Shown in pieces: positions 53,701 through 63,673 of a stretch of 64,000 nucleotides of DNA; within the stretch, counting starts at the first letter, position 1, and the number at the start of each line of letters is the position of its first letter. The translations under genes were made by a program, and so were the position numbers. Below the pieces are notes generated by a model. That model did no database searches, was not told the origin of the DNA, and saw nothing but the letters and a program-made list of their open reading frames with translations. This stretch comes from Candidatus Binataceae bacterium. Its GTDB lineage: Bacteria > Desulfobacterota > Binatia > Binatales > Binataceae. The stretch lies in NCBI GenBank assembly GCA_035533435.1, contig DATLTX010000058.1, positions 27 to 64,026 of the forward strand, read 5' to 3'.

Positions 53701-54030
53701 ATACCGCCGGCCGGGATTTATCCAGATTCTAACGGGTGTTAGATTGACTCGGCGGCGCGCTCTGCACTGCGACGATGGCGCATTTAGCGTCACTTTTCGC
53801 CGACCTGATTCCTCCGGTTACACCTTTGCGCCGCAAAGCTGGGCGCGCCGGCTCGATCGCGCGATGATCGCCCTCGACCGCGGGATGCGGCCCGGCGCTC
53901 GTTACAGCGCGCCGCCGATGTATCCGAATGCACCATCGCGGGTTGAACTCGCTGATTCCGACCGGCATCCTAATCTCAGCCTGTCCCTCTGCCAGCCTCG
54001 GAATCCTATGGGTTCGTCATCCGCCGTCGG

Positions 54031-54046
54031 TGGCAGCCTAATTGCT
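54031..54046 (+). promoter_or_regulatory. candidate sigma54 promoter for CBS/P-type ATPase 7-gene operon
   Basis: TGGCAGcctaaTTGCT with GG-N10-GC, 36 nt upstream of ATG 54082. Confidence 0.55.
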
Positions 54047-54081
54047 CTGTATGATCGCGTTCTCGACCGGAGGTGGCTGTA

Positions 54082-54474
54082 ATGAGAATCGCAAACCTGA
54101 TGACGCGGGAGCCGGTGAGGGTTGGCCCGCGTGATACGCTGGAAAAGGTTCAAGGCCTGATGAAGCAAGGCGGCTTTCGCCGCGTGCCAGTGGTCGATAA
54201 CGACTCGATAGTTGGAATCCTGACTGAACGTGACCTGCGCGCGCATCACAGCACCATGGCGGAAACGCGGGTCAACGCCGTGATGAGCGCACCGGTGGTG
54301 ACGCTCGAATCGGGCGCTTCAGTCGAGGAAGCCGCGCGCGTGATGCTGCGCAACAAGATCGGCGGGCTGCCGATTGTCGAGCGGGGAAAACTCGTCGGGA
54401 TTCTGACCTCGAGCGACGTTCTGAAGGCGTTTCTGCATGTTGTTGATGCGGCAAAAAAGATCATGGAGCCGTGA
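54082..54474 (+). CDS. CBS domain pair protein
   Basis: Two CBS motifs. ATG start with GGAGG-N8 RBS, so 54082 is preferred over the GTG at 54073. Confidence 0.8.
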   Translation: MRIANLMTREPVRVGPRDTLEKVQGLMKQGGFRRVPVVDNDSIVGILTERDLRAHHSTMAETRVNAVMSAPVVTLESGASVEEAARVMLRNKIGGLPIVERGKLVGILTSSDVLKAFLHVVDAAKKIMEP

Positions 54475-54537
54475 CCGGTCCCGGAATATCGTCAGGAATC
54501 GGCGGCACGAACCAGCAAAACAACTAAAGAGGACTCT

Positions 54538-55068
54538 GTGATGACAGGCGAGCGACTCGAAACCGGCAAGGGAAAAATCCGCAGTCTCAACAGGCGCGGC
54601 ACGCGCTCGGACAAGAGTCCGCCCGTGGTGCGCAAGGCGCGCAGCTACTCTGACCCTTCGATCTGCGAAAAGTGCGGCTCGGTTTATACCTCGAAAACCT
54701 GGCGCGAGCGCCGCCCCCTTACGCGTGCGCTGATGAATCAGGCCACCTGGGCGACCTGTCCCGCCTGCGAACAAGTGGACAAGGGACAGTACTTTGGCCG
54801 AGTCTCGCTGTCCGGGCCGTATCTGATCGGCCACGTCGATGCGATCCGCGCGCGTATCGCGAACGTCGAGCGGCGGGCGCGCTTCACGCAACCCGAACGC
54901 CGCGTGGTCGCGGCGGACTTCGACGGATCGACCCTCGAGGTGCTGACCAGCTCGCAGAAGCTGGCGCATCGCATCGCCCACGAAATCGAGAAAGCTTTCG
55001 GTGGCAGCGTGACCTATTCGTGGTCGGATAGCGACGGCACCCTGGCGGCGACCTGGCATCGAGAGTAG
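54538..55068 (+). CDS. zinc-ribbon (2x CxxC) protein of unknown function
   Basis: CEKCG...(24 aa)...CPAC Cys4 ribbon at the N-terminus with a conserved-looking C-terminal domain. No family assignment possible by eye. Confidence 0.45.
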   Translation: MMTGERLETGKGKIRSLNRRGTRSDKSPPVVRKARSYSDPSICEKCGSVYTSKTWRERRPLTRALMNQATWATCPACEQVDKGQYFGRVSLSGPYLIGHVDAIRARIANVERRARFTQPERRVVAADFDGSTLEVLTSSQKLAHRIAHEIEKAFGGSVTYSWSDSDGTLAATWHRE

Positions 55069-57668
55069 TGGCCGACGTGGGCGCGGCGGGCGAATCGGGC
55101 GAGCTTGCGCGCGCAGCCACGCGAACCGGCGACCAACGCTCGTATCGCGGCCTTGACCGTGCCGAGGCCGCGCGCCGCCTTGCGCGACTGGGCCCCAATG
55201 AGTTCGTGCGGCTTCGATGGTGGGATCCGGTGGTGCGTTTTCTTCGCACCGCTGCGGATCCGATGGCGCTGATGCTGGCCGCCGCCGCCGCCGCGTACTA
55301 TGCGCTCGGCGAGCGCACCGATTCATATGTCCTTCTCGCGGCGATTGTTCCGGTGCTGGCGGTCGATGTGCTCCTTGCGGCGCGCTCGCGGGCGGCGCTG
55401 CGCAAACTGGCCGGCGCGGTCGCGGCGCGCGCACGCGTCATCCGCGACGGAACCGAAGTGGATATTCCCACCCGGGAAGTCGTTCCCGGCGACGCGTTGC
55501 TGCTCGAACAGGGCGACGTGGTGCACGCCGACGCGATCGTCCGCGCCAGCTCGAATCTGATCGCCGATGAGTCCCAATTGAGCGGCGAATCCGAGCCGGT
55601 CGCCAAGCTGCCGATTGCCGGCGCACCCGGCGACCCGAACCGCGTGTACGCGGGTTCGCGCGTCCTCGAGGGCAATGCACTGGTCGAAGTCACCGCAACC
55701 GGACCGAAAACCCGCTATGGCGATCTCGCGCGACTGACCGCCGCGGTTACGCGCCGCTCGACCCCGCTCGAGCGCAGGACCGCGCGGATCGTCGGCTGGA
55801 TGATCGCGGCGGCGATCGTTGTCGCGACGCTCGTGTTCGCGTTGCGAATACTGGCAGGCGTGCCCGCGGCGAGCGCGTTCCTCTACGCGATCAGCCTTGC
55901 GATGTCCGCCGCCGGCGAAGAATTCCTGCTCGTGCTGACCCTGTTCCTCAGCCTTGGCGCGTACCGGCTCGGCCGTCACGGAGTTCTGGTGCGCCGGTTG
56001 GCGAGCGTTGAAACCCTCGGTTCCACAACCGTCATATGCCTGGACAAAACCGGTACGCTGACCGCTGGCGAGTTCGCGCTCGAGACACATGATGCTCTCG
56101 ACCGCGACGGCACCGACGCGGCACTCTTGGAAGCCGCCGCGCTGGCGTGCGAGGCGCGTCCCGCCGATGCAATGGAACGCGAGATTCTGGCGCATTGCGT
56201 AACGCACGGAGTTGACGCGGACGCGTTGCATGCGCGATGGCGGCTGGTCCACGATTACTCATTCGATCCGGCCGGCAAACACATGTCGCACGTCTGGATC
56301 GAACGCGCGCAAAGCTCCGCCGCGGCCGCCGGGAAAATCGTGGCCAAAGGAGCGCTCGAGGGTATCCTCGAGCACTGCGACATCGCACCTGATCAAGCTG
56401 ACCGCGCCAAACGCGAAAACGCCCGGATGGCCTCGGTCGGGATGCGCGTGCTGGCGGTCGCCGGACGTGACGGACTGGCGCGCGAGTTCACCGGCGCACG
56501 CTGGCAAGACGAACGCGGGCTGCATCTGTTCGGACTGCTGGGATTTCGCGATCCATTGCGGCCCGCGGTTCCCGCCGCAGTCGCGCTATGCTACCGCGCG
56601 GGTATCAAGCTCAAGTTGATCACGGGGGACCATGCGCTAACCGCGCACGCGGTTGCCGAAGCCGCCGGGATGGGCGGCCACGCGTCGGAGATCATCACCG
56701 GATCGCAGCTCGACGCGCTGAGCCCGTCCGCTTTCGATCGCGCCGTGGACCGCTGCACGATTTTCGCGCGCACCCGGCCCGAGCAGAAGTACGCAATTGT
56801 CGAGGCGCTCAGACGCGCCGGCGAAGTGGTCGCGATGACCGGCGACGGGATCAATGACGCGCCGGCTCTCAGGCGCGCCGACCTGGGCGTTGCGATGGGG
56901 CGGCGCGGCACCGAAATCGCCCGTACAGCGGCGGATATCGTCCTGCTCGACGACGATTTCTCGGCGTTGGCGGTCACGATCCGCGAAGGCCGCAGGCTGC
57001 TCGAATCTATTCAGCGCGCGTTCCTATATCTGATCGGCTTCAAAGTGATGCTGGTGCTGGTTGCTTTCAGCGCGCCGATTCTGGGCCTGCCGCTGCTGCT
57101 CGTGCCAGTGACTCTTGTGTGGCTCGAACTAATTGTCCATCCGGTTTCCGCGCTGGCCTTCGAGGGCGGTATCCCCGACGAAGACGTGATGGCGCGGCCG
57201 CCGACTCGGCCCTCGGCTCCGCTGGTCGATCGATCGAGCGCCATCCGCGCTGCTATCGCGGGCGCGCTGCTCGCGGCGGCGGCGCTGAGCCTGTTCGCGA
57301 TGCGGATGCGTGCGGGAGAGAATTATGCGCGGACCGTTGCGATGGTGGTAATCGTGGCGGGCAGCGTGATGCTGGTAATTGCCGAGATGGCGGGTGCGCA
57401 GCCCTGGTCGCGTCTGCACGTGCCGCGGAGCCTTCGCTTCTGGACCGTGATGCTTGCCGTCGCGGCGAGCCTGCCCATCTTCATTTCGATCAAACCGATC
57501 GCGTCGCTGTTGATGCTACAATCGATTAGGCCGGCGGATTGGTCTATAGCATTGGCCGCCGCGGCCGCCGCCGTCGGCTGGCGCGCATGCGGCGCTCCCT
57601 CCTCCCGAGACTCGAGCGACGCACGATATGACGCCTCGGTCGCGAGTAGTCGCGGGGATGTCCGCTGA
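55068..57668 (+). CDS. P-type cation-transporting ATPase (P2/Ca2+-Mg2+-like)
   Basis: Phosphorylation motif DKTGTLT, hinge MTGDGINDAPAL, and 8-10 TMs. The GTG start overlaps the preceding stop. Confidence 0.85.
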   Translation: MADVGAAGESGELARAATRTGDQRSYRGLDRAEAARRLARLGPNEFVRLRWWDPVVRFLRTAADPMALMLAAAAAAYYALGERTDSYVLLAAIVPVLAVDVLLAARSRAALRKLAGAVAARARVIRDGTEVDIPTREVVPGDALLLEQGDVVHADAIVRASSNLIADESQLSGESEPVAKLPIAGAPGDPNRVYAGSRVLEGNALVEVTATGPKTRYGDLARLTAAVTRRSTPLERRTARIVGWMIAAAIVVATLVFALRILAGVPAASAFLYAISLAMSAAGEEFLLVLTLFLSLGAYRLGRHGVLVRRLASVETLGSTTVICLDKTGTLTAGEFALETHDALDRDGTDAALLEAAALACEARPADAMEREILAHCVTHGVDADALHARWRLVHDYSFDPAGKHMSHVWIERAQSSAAAAGKIVAKGALEGILEHCDIAPDQADRAKRENARMASVGMRVLAVAGRDGLAREFTGARWQDERGLHLFGLLGFRDPLRPAVPAAVALCYRAGIKLKLITGDHALTAHAVAEAAGMGGHASEIITGSQLDALSPSAFDRAVDRCTIFARTRPEQKYAIVEALRRAGEVVAMTGDGINDAPALRRADLGVAMGRRGTEIARTAADIVLLDDDFSALAVTIREGRRLLESIQRAFLYLIGFKVMLVLVAFSAPILGLPLLLVPVTLVWLELIVHPVSALAFEGGIPDEDVMARPPTRPSAPLVDRSSAIRAAIAGALLAAAALSLFAMRMRAGENYARTVAMVVIVAGSVMLVIAEMAGAQPWSRLHVPRSLRFWTVMLAVAASLPIFISIKPIASLLMLQSIRPADWSIALAAAAAAVGWRACGAPSSRDSSDARYDASVASSRGDVR

Positions 57669-57708
57669 TGGCGAACCTGGATTCACGAATGCGCGAGGAG
57701 AATTCGGC

Positions 57709-58173
57709 ATGCCGAAAAAAGTTTTCGAAAATGCGAGTCATAAACCGCACGCCGCAAACGCGGCGCGAAGGTGTGCGACCGGCGCTATCGCAGTAGCCGC
57801 GATCCTGGCGATTGCGATCGGCTCCGCACGCGCCGCCCAACCCGCCGGGCAGGCCGACTATCAGCAGTATTGCTCCGACTGCCACGGCAAGGACGCGAGG
57901 GGCAATGGCCCACTGGTGAAGCAAATCCCGATGGCGCCGCCACCGAGCGACCTGACCCTGCTCGCGAGCGCGCGCGGCGGAAAGTTTCCGTTCGATGACG
58001 TGGTCGATGTAATCGACGGGCGCAAGGCAATACCGTCCCACGCGCGTATCCAGATGCCGTTTTGGGGCGTTACGCTGCAGAAACCCGGTCAGGAATTTTC
58101 GCCTGCGAGCGACGCCGCGGTAAAGCAACGGATTCAGGCAATCGCGCGCTATCTCGAAGGCCTTCAGCGATGA
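57709..58173 (+). CDS. periplasmic monohaem c-type cytochrome
   Basis: Signal peptide and a CSDCH haem motif. GAGGAG RBS. Confidence 0.65.
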   Translation: MPKKVFENASHKPHAANAARRCATGAIAVAAILAIAIGSARAAQPAGQADYQQYCSDCHGKDARGNGPLVKQIPMAPPPSDLTLLASARGGKFPFDDVVDVIDGRKAIPSHARIQMPFWGVTLQKPGQEFSPASDAAVKQRIQAIARYLEGLQR

Positions 58174-59054
58174 CGAGCCGTGCTGCGCGAGTGCACTGCT
58201 TTCCCCGCGACGCCCGTCTGGCGCGCAGGGTCGCGGCACGCGCAGGTCTGGCCTGCGCGAAGATTCGCGTGCACCGCTTCCCCGACGGCGAGTCGATGCC
58301 GCTGGTTGCGTCAGCGCCGGGCAAGAATGCGATCCTGGTGCGCGCGCTCGACGGTCAGGGCGCCAACCTGTTCGATACTCTTCTGGCCGCCGACGCGTTG
58401 CGGCGCGCGGGCGCGCGGCGCGTAACGCTGGTCGCGCCGTATCTTCCCTACATGCGCCAGGACAAGGTCTTCCGCCCGGGCGAACCGATCTCGCAACGCG
58501 TGATTGGCGACTTGCTCGGCCGCTCTTTCGACCGCGTGATCACGGTCGAGCCGCATCTGCATCGCATCGCGCGCCTGGGAGAGGTCGTCGCCTGCCAGGC
58601 GGATTCAATCACGGCGGCGCCGGCGATTGCCGAGTGGGTAAAGCGCAATCGGCGCGACAGCCTGGTGGCCGGCCCGGATGCGGAATCACGTTCCTGGATT
58701 GAATCGATCGCGCGCCAGGCGGACACGGCGTCAGCGGTTGGCGTAAAGCATCGCGATAGCGACCGGCGGGTGCGGGTGCGCTTCGCCGCGCTCGCGCGTC
58801 GCTCGCGCGCGATTATTGTCGACGATATTGCAAGTTCGGGAGCGACGCTCGCCGCCGCCGCGCGGGCATTGCGCACGCGGGGAATCGCGGCGATCGATGT
58901 AATCGTGGTGCACGCGATTTTCGCCCCGGGCGCCATCGCGCGGATTCGGCGCGCGGGCGTGCGCCGGATCATCTCGTGCGACACGATCCGCCATCCGACC
59001 AACGCCATCAGCATCGCGCCGCTGCTGGCGGCGGCGCTCGAGAGGAAGACTTGA
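58170..59054 (+). CDS. ribose-phosphate pyrophosphokinase-like phosphoribosyltransferase
   Basis: Prs-like N-domain and PRPP-binding motif IIVDDIASSGATL. Start ATG overlaps the preceding stop (ATGA). Confidence 0.7.
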   Translation: MTSRAARVHCFPRDARLARRVAARAGLACAKIRVHRFPDGESMPLVASAPGKNAILVRALDGQGANLFDTLLAADALRRAGARRVTLVAPYLPYMRQDKVFRPGEPISQRVIGDLLGRSFDRVITVEPHLHRIARLGEVVACQADSITAAPAIAEWVKRNRRDSLVAGPDAESRSWIESIARQADTASAVGVKHRDSDRRVRVRFAALARRSRAIIVDDIASSGATLAAAARALRTRGIAAIDVIVVHAIFAPGAIARIRRAGVRRIISCDTIRHPTNAISIAPLLAAALERKT

Positions 59055-60458
59055 ATGCGCGAGCAAGGCACCGGCCATCCCTCCATTCTGCGCTTTCTGG
59101 GCGCGGCCGGCACGGTTACGGGAAGCAGGTTTTTGCTCACTGGCGGCGGACGCAGGGTACTGATCGATTGCGGCTTGTTCCAGGGACTCAAGGAACTTCG
59201 GCTGCGCAACTGGGAGCGGTTTGCGGCGGATCCGAAGAGCCTCGATGCGATCGTGATTACGCATGCGCATCTTGATCACAGCGGATACCTTCCGTCGATC
59301 GTGCGCGACGGCTATCGCGGGCGGATTCACGCCACGGCTTCGACCGTTGATCTGTGCCGAATCCTGTTGCCCGACAGCGGACACTTGCAGGAAGAGGAAG
59401 CGGAATACGCCAATCACGCGGGCTATTCCAAACACGCGCCGGCGCTGCCGCTGTACACTGAAGAAGACGCGCTTCGCACTCAGCAATATTTCACGCCGGC
59501 GCAGTTCGCTGAGCGCGTAGAAGTGGCAAACCGCATTCACGCGACGTTTCGCAGCGCGGGGCACATTCTCGGCTCCGCCAGCATCCTGCTTGAAACCCCT
59601 TCGCGCCGCCTGCTATTCAGCGGCGATCTCGGGCGCCCCAGCCATCCGCTGATGCGGCCACCCGCGCCGCTGCCCGAGGCGGAAATCGTCGCCGTCGAAT
59701 CGACTTACGGCGATCGGATCCACGAGGATCAGAAGTCCCTCGACGCGTTCGCCGAATCGATCGCGCAGACCGCCGCGCGCGGCGGTGTGATCGTTATCCC
59801 GTCGTTCGCCGTCGATCGCACTGAGGTTCTGCTGTTCCATTTGCGCGCGATGATCCAATCCGGCCGCATTCCGGGATTGCCCATTTACGTCGATAGTCCA
59901 ATGGCGCTGGCCGCGCTCAAGCTGTACAAGCGAGCCATCCTGAGCGGCGGCGCCGAGATTCGCCCTGAAGTCGCCGGCCGGCCCGAGGTGCTCGATCCCG
60001 GCCTGACCTCGGAAGTAACCTCGCGCGACGAATCGATCGCGCTCAACGGCCTCGACGGACCGATGATCATCATCTCGGCGTCCGGGATGGCCACCGGCGG
60101 CCGGGTGTTGCATCATCTTTCGCGCCGCCTGCCCGACGCGCGCAACGCGGTCATCCTGGTTGGCTACCAGGCCGAAGGAACCCGCGGGCGCGCGCTGCTC
60201 GAGGGTGCATCGTCGGTGAAGATGCTGGGCCGCTATGTCCCGGTGCGCGCGCAGGTGGTTAACGTGCCGGCGTTTTCGGTGCACGCCGACCGCGCTGAAA
60301 TTCTGGCGTGGCTCGCGACCGCTCCGCGGCGCCCGGAGCTGGCGTTTATCGTGCACGGCGATCCGGCCGCGGCGCAGTCGCTGTGCGCGGCGGTGCGCAA
60401 GGAGCTCGGCTGGAACGCCGTGGTTCCACGCCATCTCGAACAGGTTCGAATCGACTGA
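59055..60458 (+). CDS. MBL-fold metallo-hydrolase of the beta-CASP family
   Basis: HxHxDH motif (ITHAHLDHSG), beta-CASP motifs, and a C-terminal RNA-specificity-like domain. Confidence 0.75.
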   Translation: MREQGTGHPSILRFLGAAGTVTGSRFLLTGGGRRVLIDCGLFQGLKELRLRNWERFAADPKSLDAIVITHAHLDHSGYLPSIVRDGYRGRIHATASTVDLCRILLPDSGHLQEEEAEYANHAGYSKHAPALPLYTEEDALRTQQYFTPAQFAERVEVANRIHATFRSAGHILGSASILLETPSRRLLFSGDLGRPSHPLMRPPAPLPEAEIVAVESTYGDRIHEDQKSLDAFAESIAQTAARGGVIVIPSFAVDRTEVLLFHLRAMIQSGRIPGLPIYVDSPMALAALKLYKRAILSGGAEIRPEVAGRPEVLDPGLTSEVTSRDESIALNGLDGPMIIISASGMATGGRVLHHLSRRLPDARNAVILVGYQAEGTRGRALLEGASSVKMLGRYVPVRAQVVNVPAFSVHADRAEILAWLATAPRRPELAFIVHGDPAAAQSLCAAVRKELGWNAVVPRHLEQVRID

Positions 60459-60468
60459 GGAGGACGCG

Positions 60469-61974
60469 ATGTTTCGGCTGCGGCATCTATGCCTGGATAC
60501 TCTGCGCGAGCACGTGATCGTGATTCACGAACACGCGGTGCGAGCGGGCAATCTTGGCTTCAGTCCGCTGGATCGCGCGGTAGTGATGGGCCTGGTACCG
60601 GGCGGCGGCGCGCGCCACGAGATCACCGGCGTACTGAATTTCTGCCTCGACGACCTGATCGCGCCCGATGAAATCGGCGTCTCGGACCAGGCCTTTCGCG
60701 ATCTCGGCCTGCCCGAAGGAGCGCCGGTCGAAGCGACGCTGGCGGCCGCGCCGCGCAGCGTCGATCATGTGCGCGCGAAACTTGGCGGTACGCGGCTCGA
60801 CCGCGCCGCGTTTGACGCGATCCTGTCCGACGTCGTGCGGCATCGGTACTCGCGCGTCGAGCTCACGATGTTCGTGCTGGCGTGCGCGCTCAGACGCCTC
60901 GACCTCGACGAGCTCTGCTATTACACGCAGGCGATGATCGCGACCGGCGAGTCGCTGGATTTCGGCGGTGCGAAGGTCGCCGACAAGCACTCGATCGGCG
61001 GAGTTCCAGGCAATCGGACCACGATGATCGTGGTTCCGATCGTCGCGGCGCTCGGAGTCCTGATGCCCAAAACCTCGTCGCGCGCGATCACCAGCCCGGC
61101 GGGCACCGCGGACACGATGGGTGCAATCGCCATTGTCGAACTGAACCCGGCGCGGATGCGCGAGATCGTCGGCCGCGTCGGCGGCTGCATCGGATGGGGC
61201 GGTTCGCTCAGCCTTGCGCCCGCCGACGATATTCTGATCACCGTCGAGCGGCCGATGGAGATCGATACGGAAGCGCAGATGGTGGCTTCAATTCTGGCCA
61301 AGAAGAAAAGCGTCGGCGCAACCGATGTCGTGATCGATATTCCCGTCGGACCCACCGCCAAGGTTCGCAGCCAGGCCGCTGCCGAGCATCTGGCGGGGCT
61401 GTTCCACAGCATCGCCGAGCGGATCGGATTGCGTATCGAGGTCGAGAGCACGCTCGCACTTGGGCCGATCGGACGCGGAATCGGGCCGCGGCTCGAGGCG
61501 CTGGACGTGCTCTCGGTGCTTGGCGGCGAAAGCGTTCAGCTTGCCGATCTGCGGGAAAAATCGCTCTACCTTGCCGCGCGGATTCTCGAGATGACTGGCG
61601 CGGTCGCGCCGCACGGCGGTTACCGTGCGGCCCAGCGCACGCTCGACTCGGGAGCGGCGCGCAAAAAATTCCAGGAAATCGTCGCCGCGCAAGGCGCGCG
61701 CGAGCTGGCGCCCGAGGCTCCATATCGATGCGAGATCGCGTCGGAAGCCGACGGCAGAATCAGGGACATCGATTGCCTCGAGATCGCGCGAGTGGCAAAA
61801 CGCGCCGGGGCGCCAGCCAATATCAGCGCGGGAATCAGGCTTTTGAAGACCGTCGGAGAAGTGGTTGGCCGCGCCGAGCCGCTGTTTGAGATTCATGCCG
61901 CAAGCGCGGCGCAATTGGAGTTTGCACGGCAATACGCGGCGTCGCATCCGGGGATGTTCAGATTCGGTTTTTGA
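60469..61974 (+). CDS. thymidine/AMP phosphorylase family protein (glycosyl transferase family 3 fold)
   Basis: DKHSIGGVPGNRTT and TSSRAITSPAGTADTM motifs of pyrimidine-nucleoside phosphorylases. Start ATG with GAGGAGGA RBS. Confidence 0.75.
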   Translation: MFRLRHLCLDTLREHVIVIHEHAVRAGNLGFSPLDRAVVMGLVPGGGARHEITGVLNFCLDDLIAPDEIGVSDQAFRDLGLPEGAPVEATLAAAPRSVDHVRAKLGGTRLDRAAFDAILSDVVRHRYSRVELTMFVLACALRRLDLDELCYYTQAMIATGESLDFGGAKVADKHSIGGVPGNRTTMIVVPIVAALGVLMPKTSSRAITSPAGTADTMGAIAIVELNPARMREIVGRVGGCIGWGGSLSLAPADDILITVERPMEIDTEAQMVASILAKKKSVGATDVVIDIPVGPTAKVRSQAAAEHLAGLFHSIAERIGLRIEVESTLALGPIGRGIGPRLEALDVLSVLGGESVQLADLREKSLYLAARILEMTGAVAPHGGYRAAQRTLDSGAARKKFQEIVAAQGARELAPEAPYRCEIASEADGRIRDIDCLEIARVAKRAGAPANISAGIRLLKTVGEVVGRAEPLFEIHAASAAQLEFARQYAASHPGMFRFGF

Positions 61975-61992
61975 GCGTTTGACCGTGCGGCG

Positions 61993-63498
61993 CTATTCGA
62001 GACCGTACTTAGCGATCTTCGCATAGAGCTTCTTGCGCGAGATCTTGAGCAGCTTGGCCGCGGCGACTTTGTTGCCGCCGGTGCTCTCGATCGCGCGGCC
62101 AATCAGATCGCGCTCGGCGTCGGCGAAGCTACCCACGCTTTCACCGCCGAACCCGGCGGGAGCCGCCGCGCGCACCCCGGAGATCGCTTCGGGCAAATCA
62201 ACCAGGCGCAGCTCGGATGCGCGGCCAAAGGTAAAGGCGCTCTCGATCGCGTTGGCCAGTTCGCGCACGTTTCCCGGCCACTGATATGCGCTCATCGCCT
62301 CGAGCGCCGCTCGCTCGATTCCCACCACCGGCGCCAGGCGCATCCCGCGTTCGTTCATCACCTCGACAAAGTGATCGACGAGCAGCCCTATGTCCTCGAG
62401 CCGGTCGCGCAGCGGAGGCACCGCAAGCACGCTGGCCTGAAGCCGGTAGTACAGATCTTGCCGCAAGAGACCCACGCGGAGGGCTTCTTCAGGATCGCGA
62501 TTGGTCGAGGCGATCAGCCGCGCGTTGACTGCAATCTCGCGGGTTGCGCCGACAGGACGCACAGTCCGTTCCTGCAGGACGCGCAAGAGCTTGCTCTGGG
62601 TCTCGGCGCTCATCTCGGTAACTTCATCGAGCAGCAGCGTCCCACCCTCAGCGGCGCGAAACAGGCCCTCGTACTCGTTGTTCGCGCCGCTGAACGCGCC
62701 GCGTTTGTAGCCGAACAATTCGCTTTCGATCAGATCGCGCGGAATCGCGGCGCAATTCAGCGCGACGAACGGCGCGTTCGGCTTGGCGCCGCATTCGTGA
62801 ATTGCGCGCGCCACCAATTCTTTCCCCGTCCCGCTCTCCCCCACGATCAGCACGGTCCCGCGCGTCGCGCCCACCGCCTCGATCCGCTCGTACAGCTTGC
62901 GCATCGCAGGGCTCGCGCCGACCAGGCCGTGAAAGCGCGTGCGCTCGCCGGCGGGCAGCGCTGTCGCCTCGCGCTCGAGCGCCTGGATTCGCGCACCCGA
63001 GACCGCGGTGGTCGAGCGAAAGTAGGTGTCCGCCAGGATGATCATCCGGCAATGACTCAGCTTGTCGAAGGAAAGGTAGGTCTTGGGCAGCGACGGTGGA
63101 AAGACCGGAAACACCGCGGTCGCGCTTTCCTCGAACAGATGCATCGAAATGATCAGCTCGGAAAACGGAACTCCCCGGTCGGCCAGCGTGCGCCCAACCC
63201 GGCGGATATCCGCGGCGAAGCCCTCCATGTCGCGGGCCAGCAGATCGCGCAAAGTAGTGTCCAGCTCGGAGCCGAAGATCTCGAGGAACTCGGTCCTGGT
63301 CAGGGCGCGTGAATCACCGAAGTGCAGTACATAGAGGTTGTACCAGTTGGCCATCACTTCGTCGCGGTGGCGGCGAATCGACTCGAAGACTGGCGTCAGA
63401 GCCTCCAGCTCCTCGTCCCATAGAAGGTGGAAATATCGGGGCGCGGTGGACTGCGTTTTTGCGGGGTTTGAAGATTCAGACGGTGGCTTCATGCGCAA
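61993..63498 (-). CDS. sigma54-dependent transcriptional activator (bEBP) with non-receiver N-terminal sensory domain
   Basis: AAA+ Walker A GESGTGKE, GAFSGA (GAFTGA variant) sigma54-contact loop, and a C-terminal Fis-type HTH. The N-terminal ~190 aa lack the receiver Asp signature. Confidence 0.85.
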   Translation of the reverse strand: MRMKPPSESSNPAKTQSTAPRYFHLLWDEELEALTPVFESIRRHRDEVMANWYNLYVLHFGDSRALTRTEFLEIFGSELDTTLRDLLARDMEGFAADIRRVGRTLADRGVPFSELIISMHLFEESATAVFPVFPPSLPKTYLSFDKLSHCRMIILADTYFRSTTAVSGARIQALEREATALPAGERTRFHGLVGASPAMRKLYERIEAVGATRGTVLIVGESGTGKELVARAIHECGAKPNAPFVALNCAAIPRDLIESELFGYKRGAFSGANNEYEGLFRAAEGGTLLLDEVTEMSAETQSKLLRVLQERTVRPVGATREIAVNARLIASTNRDPEEALRVGLLRQDLYYRLQASVLAVPPLRDRLEDIGLLVDHFVEVMNERGMRLAPVVGIERAALEAMSAYQWPGNVRELANAIESAFTFGRASELRLVDLPEAISGVRAAAPAGFGGESVGSFADAERDLIGRAIESTGGNKVAAAKLLKISRKKLYAKIAKYGLE

Positions 63499-63673
63499 GT
63501 CTCAATGGTGACGGGGAGTGCCGTGTCCAACGGCTTAGTGTCGCCGATCGTAACACGCGACGCGCTCGTTGTACCCATCGAACGCATGTGACGCAACGAC
63601 AACATGTTCGTCCGAGGTAATCTTGCGCAAATGCATGCCGATTTTCGGACTCGCTTCAATCGGACCGCCATGC

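Noticed and set aside
54490-54510. GGCACGaaccaGCa upstream of the zinc-ribbon gene.
   Set aside because: The GG-N9-GC spacing is wrong for sigma54. The gene is more likely co-transcribed from the 54031 promoter.
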